A DNA stretch of 64,000 bases from the human T2T-CHM13v2.0 reference genome, Homo sapiens. The DNA lies in NCBI RefSeq assembly GCF_009914755.1, contig NC_060940.1; one strand, 5' to 3'. Positions 58,151 through 64,000 of the stretch are shown here, in pieces; position 1 is the first letter of the stretch; every line of letters begins with the position of its first letter. The notes below the pieces were generated by a model. It was not told the origin of the DNA and ran no database searches. It was given only the letters and a program-made list of their open reading frames with translations. The position numbers and the translations under genes are program-made.

Positions 58151-61100
58151 GATTCCATTCGATTCCATTCATTGATGATTCCACCCAATTCCATTCGATG
58201 ATGATTCCATTCGATTTCATTCAATGATTCTACTCGATTCCATTCAATGATGATTCAGTTCTATTCCGTTTGATGATTCCATTAGATTCCATTCTATGAT
58301 GATTCCATTCGAGTCCATTCGAAGATTCCATTCGATTACATTCCATGACGATTCCATTCGAGTCCATTCGATGATTCCATTTGAATCCATTCGACGATGA
58401 TTCCATTTGATGCTATTCGATGATTCCATTGGATTCCATTCGATGATGATTCCATTCGACTTGATTTGATGATTCTATTTGAGTCCATTCGGTTATTTTA
58501 TTAGACTACATTCGATGATGATTCCATTCGATGCCATTCAATGATTCCATTTGATTCCACTCAATGATGATTGCATTCGTGTCCATTCGATGATTCAAAT
58601 TGGTTCCATTTGATGATGATTCCATTCGAGTCCATTCGATGATACCATTCAATTCCATTCGATGATCATTCCGTTCGAATCCATTTGATGATTACACTCA
58701 ATTCCATTTGATGACTCCTTTCATTCCCATTCGATGATTCCCTTCAGTTCCAATTGGATGATCTTTCCATTTGATTCAATATGGTGACTCCATTCTATTA
58801 TATTCAATGATGATTCCATTCGACTCCATTAGATGATGACTCCATTCCATTCCATTCGATTGTGATTTCATTCGATTCCATTCGAAGATGATTCCATTCG
58901 AGTCCATTTGATGATTCCATTCGATTCCATTCAATGATGATTCCACTCAAATCCATTGGATGATTCCATTCGTTTCCAATCGGTGATTTCATTAGATTCC
59001 ATTCGAGGATGATTCTATTCGAGTCCATTCAATGATTCCATTGGATTCTGTTTGATAAGGATTCCATTAGCGTTCATTCGATGATTCCCTTCGAGTCCAT
59101 TCGATTATTCCTTTTGATTCCATTTGATGATGATTCCATTCGATTGCATTCAATGATTCCATTCCATTCCATTCGATGATGATTCCTTTCGATAATGATT
59201 ACATTCGAGCCCATGTGATGATTCCATTAGATTCTATTAAATGATTCCATTCGACCACATTCGATGATGGCATTCGAGTCCATTCGATGATTTCACTCGA
59301 TTCCACTTGATGATGTTTCCTTTTGAGTCCATTTGATGATTACATTTGAGTCCATGAGATGACTCCATTCGATTCCATTTCATGATGATGCAATTCGAGG
59401 CTATTCGATCATCCCATTTTAGTGCATTCGGTGATTCTCTTTTATAACATTCGATGAGGGCTCCATTCGAGTCCATTCAATGATTCCATTAGATTCCACT
59501 CGATGATGATTCCATTTGAGTCCATTCAAAGATTCCTTTCGAGTCCATTCGATAATTCTATTGGATTCCACTAGGTGATGATTCCTTTCGAGTCAATTCG
59601 ATGATTCCTTTCAAGTGCCTTCAATGATTCCATTCGATTCCATTCGATGACGATTCATTTCAAGTCCATTCAATGGTTCCATTCTGTTGAATTTGATGGT
59701 TTCATTTGATTCCATTCGATGATGATTCCATTCGTGTCCATTGGATGATTCCATTCGATTCCTTTCGAGGAAGATTCCATTCGACTCCATTCGATGATTC
59801 CGTTCGATTCCATTCCATGATGATTCCATTTGATTCCATTCCATGATTCCATTCGATACCATTCGATGATGATTCCATTCGACTCCATTTGATGAATCCA
59901 TTCAATGCTTCCATTCGAGTCCATTCGATGATTCCATTCGATTCCATTCCATGAAGATTCCATTCGAGTACATTTGATGATTCCATTTAATTCCATAGGA
60001 TGATGATTCTATTAGGGTCCGTTGACTATTCCATTCAAATCCATTCGAAGATTCCATTCGAGTCCACTCGATGATTCTATTTGATTCCATTTGATAATTC
60101 CATTCGATTCTATTTGATGTTGATTCCATTCGAGTCCATTCGATCATTATTACATTTGATTCTATTCGATGATTCCATTCGATTCCATTTGATGAGGATT
60201 CCATTCGAGACCATTTGATGATTCCATTCAATTCATTTGATGATGATTCCATTCAATTCCATTGGATGATTCCAATATTTTCCATTAGATGATGATTCCA
60301 TTCGATTCCATTCAATGATGATTCCATCAGAATCCATTCGATGATGACTCCTTTTGCTTCCATTCAATGATCATTACATTCGGTTCCATTCGATGATGAT
60401 TCCTTTGGATTCCATTCGATGATGCTTCCATTCGATTCCATTTGATGATGATTCTTTTCGATTCCATTTGATGATGATTCCATTTGATTCCATTCGATGG
60501 TGATTCCATTTGATGATTCCATTCGATTGTATTCGATGATGATTCCACTCGATTCTATTTGATGATGACTGCATTCGATTCCATTTGATGATTCCATTTG
60601 ATTCCATTCGATGATGATTCTGATCAATTGCATTCGATGATCCATTCGATTCCATTTGATGGTTCCATTTGATTCCATTTGATAATGATTCCTTTCGAGT
60701 CCATTCGATGATTCCATTTGCGGATATTCGATAATTCCATTTGAGTCCAACCGATGATTCCATTCGAGGCCATTCAATCATTCTTTTTGAGTCCTTTCGA
60801 TAAAGATTCCATTTTAGTCCATTCAATAATTCCACTGGAGTCCATTCGATGATTGCTTTTAATTCCATTCGATGATATTCCATTCGAGTCCATTCGATGA
60901 TTCCATTCGTTGCTATTAGATGATGATTCCATTCATGACCATTTGGTGATTCCATTCGATTTCATTCGTTGATGATTCCATTCGAGTCCATTCCATGATT
61001 CCATTCAAGTCCATTTGATGATTTCTTTGAATTCAATTCGATGATGATTCCATTCGAGTCCATTCGATGATTCCATTCAGTTCCATTCGATGATGATTCC

Positions 61101-64000
61101 TTTCGAGACCATATGATGATTCCATTTGATTTCATTCGATGATGATTCCATTCGATTCCATTCGATGATTCCATTCTATTCCATTCGATGATGATTCCAT
61201 TCGAGTCCATTTAATGATTCCATTGGGTTCAATTCAATGATGATTACATTGGATTCTCTTCTATGATACCATTCAATTCCGTTCATTGACAATTTGATTC
61301 CATTCGATGATGATTCCATTTGAGTTCATTTGATGATTCTATTCGATTCTCTTCGATGGTGATTCAATTCTATTATATTGGATGATTCCTTTCGATTCCA
61401 TTTGATGTTGATTCAATTCGATTCTATTCGATGATGATTCCATTGGATTTCATTTGATGATTCTATTCGATTCCATTCAATGATGATTCACTTCTCGTCC
61501 ATTGGATGATTCCATTTCATTCCATTCGATGATGATTCCATTCGATTCCATTCGATGATTCCATTTGATTCCATTCGACGGTGAGCAATTCGATTCAATT
61601 CCATGATGATTCTATTTGATTCAGTTAGATGATGTTTCCATTCGAATCCATTCCATGATTATTCCATTGGAATCCATTCGGCGATGATTCCATATGAGTC
61701 AATTCAATGATGCTTCCATATGGGTCAGTTCGATGATAATTCCATTTGATTTCATTCGATGCTTCTATTCAATTCCTGTCGATGATGATTCCGTTGGAGT
61801 CCATACGATGACTCCATTTGATTTCATTTGATGATGATTCCATTCGATTCCATTCGATGACTCCATTCTGTTCCATTCGATGATGATTCCATTCGAGTCC
61901 ATTCGATGATTCCATTCGAGTCCATTTCATGATTCCATTGGGTTCAATTCGATGATGATTACACTGGATTCCATTCTATGATTCCATTCAATTCCATTCG
62001 TTGATGATTCGATTCCATTCAATCATGATTCCATTTGAGTTCATTCGATGATTCTATTCGATTCCGTTCAATGGTGATTCAATTCTATTATATTGGATGA
62101 TTCCATTCGATTCCATTTGATGATGATTCCATTCGATTCCATTCGATGATGATTCCATTTGATTCCATTTGATGTTGATTCTATTCGATTCTATTCAATG
62201 ATGATTCCATTCGATTTCATTTGATGATTCTATTTGATTCCTTTCGATGATTCTATTCCATTCCATTCGATGATGATTCAATTCTCTTCCATTGGATGAT
62301 TCCATTTTATTCCATTCGACGATGACTCCATTTGATTCCATTCAATGATGATTCCATTCGATTCCATTCGGTGATTCCATTTGATTCCATTCGACGGTGA
62401 GCAATTTGATTCAATTCCATAATGATTCTATTTGATTCAATTAGATGATGTTTCCATTCGAATCCATTCGATGATGATTCCATTGGTATCCATTCGACGA
62501 TGATTCCATATGAGTCAATTCGATGATGATTCCATACGAGTCCGTTGGATGATAATTCCATTTGATTTCATTCAATCCTTCTATTCGATTCCATTTGATG
62601 ATGATTCCATCTGAATCCATTCTCCGATTCCATTCGATTTCATTCGATGCTTCTATTTGATTTCATTCGAAGATGATTCCTTTCAATTCCATTCATTAAT
62701 TCCATTTGATTCCATTCGATGATGATTCCATCCGATTCCATTGGATGATGATTCCATTCGAGTCCATTCGATGATTCCGTTCTAATCCATTCTATGATTC
62801 CATTCGAGTCCATTCGATGATTCCATTCGATTCCATTCAGTGATGATTCCATTTGATTCCATCTGATGATGATTTCATTTGATTCCATTCGATGATGATT
62901 CCATTGGAGTCCATTGAATGATTCAATTCAATTCCATTCCATGTGGATTCCATTCGAATTCATTCGATTATTCCATTCAAATCCCTTCGTTGATTCCATC
63001 TGATTCCACTTGACGATGATTCCATTCAAGTCCAATCGATGATTCCATTCGGTTCCATTCAATGATTCCATTCGAGTCCATTTATGTATTATATTCGTGT
63101 CCACTTGATGATTCCATTCAATTCCATTTAATGATGATTCCATTTGATTCCATTTGATGATTCAGTTCGATTCCTTACAATGATTCCCTACGATTCCTTT
63201 CTATGATGATTCCATTCGATTCCATTCATTGATGATTCCATTCGACTCCATTCGATGATGATTCCTTTCGATTCCATTTGACGATGTTTCCATTTGAGTC
63301 CATTCGATGATGATTCAATTCAGTTCTGTTCTATTATGAATCCATTCGATTTCATTCAATGCTTCTATTTGATTCCATTCGACGATGATTCCATCTCTTT
63401 CCCTTCGATGATTCCATTTGATTCCATTCAGTGATGATTCCATTTGATTCCATCTGATGATGATTTCACTTGATTCATTTCAATGATGATTCCATTCAGG
63501 TCCATTCGATGATTCCATTGGAGTCCAAACGATCATACCATTCGATTCCATTCAATGATGATTCCATTCATGTCCATTCAATGAATCCTTTCAATTCCAT
63601 TCGATGATGACTCCATTCGAGTACATTCGATGATTCCAGTTGATTCCATTTGATGATGATTACATTCAATTCCATTCGAAGATGATTCCATTCAATTCCA
63701 CTTGATGATGATTCCGTATGAATCCATTCGCTGATTATTCCATTCGATTCCATTCATTGACGATTCCATTCGATTCCATTCAATGATGATTCTCTTCTAT
63801 TCCATTCGATGATTCCGGTCGATTCCATTCGATGATGATTCCATTAGATTCCATTCGATTGTTGCATTCGATTCCCTTCGATGATGATTCCTTTGAATTC
63901 CATTCGATTATGATTCCGTATGAATCCATTTGATGATTATTCCATTGGATTCCTTTCGATGATGATTCCATTCGATTCCATTTGATGATGTTTCTCATGT
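58151..64000 (+). repeat. Diverged HSat2 zone lacking the 6.1 kb period, with interspersed unit-like segments
   Basis: Many variants not noticed elsewhere in the window (gagggctcc, ttttataac, tagggtccgttgac, tttatgtatt) and a different ORF pattern. Unit-like segments at ~58920-59020, ~61050-61860 and ~61950-62110. Confidence 0.85.

Larger units (their letters stand above)
1..64000 (+). repeat. Human satellite II (HSat2/HSATII) pericentromeric array, CATTC strand on +, probably HSat2B subfamily
   Basis: Continuous CATTCGATTCCATTCGATGATGATTC (26 bp) and CATTCGAGTCCATTCGATGATTC (23 bp) monomers with very dense TCGA and GANTC sites. The CATTCGATTC-type monomer distinguishes it from HSat3 (CATTC)n. 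The subfamily call rests only on the ~6.1 kb period recalled for HSat2B. Confidence 0.97.

Noticed and set aside
1044-63998. The many minus-strand ORFs of 60-193 aa (MESSSNGIEWNHHR-type), longest 60374-60955
   Set aside because: They are translations of the GAATG strand, which is rich in ATG and poor in stops. They overlap in all frames, have no domain content, and gain or lose stops at random between unit copies. Used only as position markers.
1-64000. CRISPR-like array of short repeats
   Set aside because: There are no unique spacers, leader or cas genes; the intervening sequence is the same degenerate monomer.
1-64000. HSat3, alpha satellite, CENP-B box or telomeric repeat
   Set aside because: Pure (CATTC)n runs are at most ~3 units; no 171-bp period, CENP-B box or TTAGGG tract was seen.
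1-64000. Inversion or L1/Alu insertion
   Set aside because: CATTC polarity stays on + throughout; no GAATG tract, poly(A) tail or non-satellite island was seen.

Overview
The whole 64 kb window is one uninterrupted, single-orientation array of human-type classical satellite II (HSat2/HSATII), built from 23- and 26-bp CATTC-derived monomers (CATTCGATTCCATTCGATGATGATTC / CATTCGAGTCCATTCGATGATTC). I found no gene, RNA gene, transposon, CRISPR array or inversion. The ORF track reflects repeat composition and is useful only as a set of positional markers. The structure is hierarchical. (i) A ~6.1 kb higher-order unit (6122 bp intact; 6112 bp with a 10-bp deletion) fits my recollection of the HSat2B subfamily, whose main array is at 16q11.2; the chromosome cannot be proven from this window. 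(ii) At 1-31.5 kb a young 13,661-bp super-repeat consists of three rearranged units (4501+6520+2640 bp), present as two full copies plus a partial third. (iii) At 28.4-58.1 kb the units are near-canonical, with individually mappable deletions and duplications. (iv) From ~58.15 kb a diverged zone carries pieces of the 6.1 kb unit in collinear order, separated by extra satellite blocks, and may be an older, longer form of the unit. An 11-bp match to the DUX4 consensus is retained in every unit. All coordinates and sizes were derived by eye and from ORF-track offsets, not from computed alignments. I see no evidence for a novel protein-coding system; the interest is in satellite evolution and possible regulatory content.
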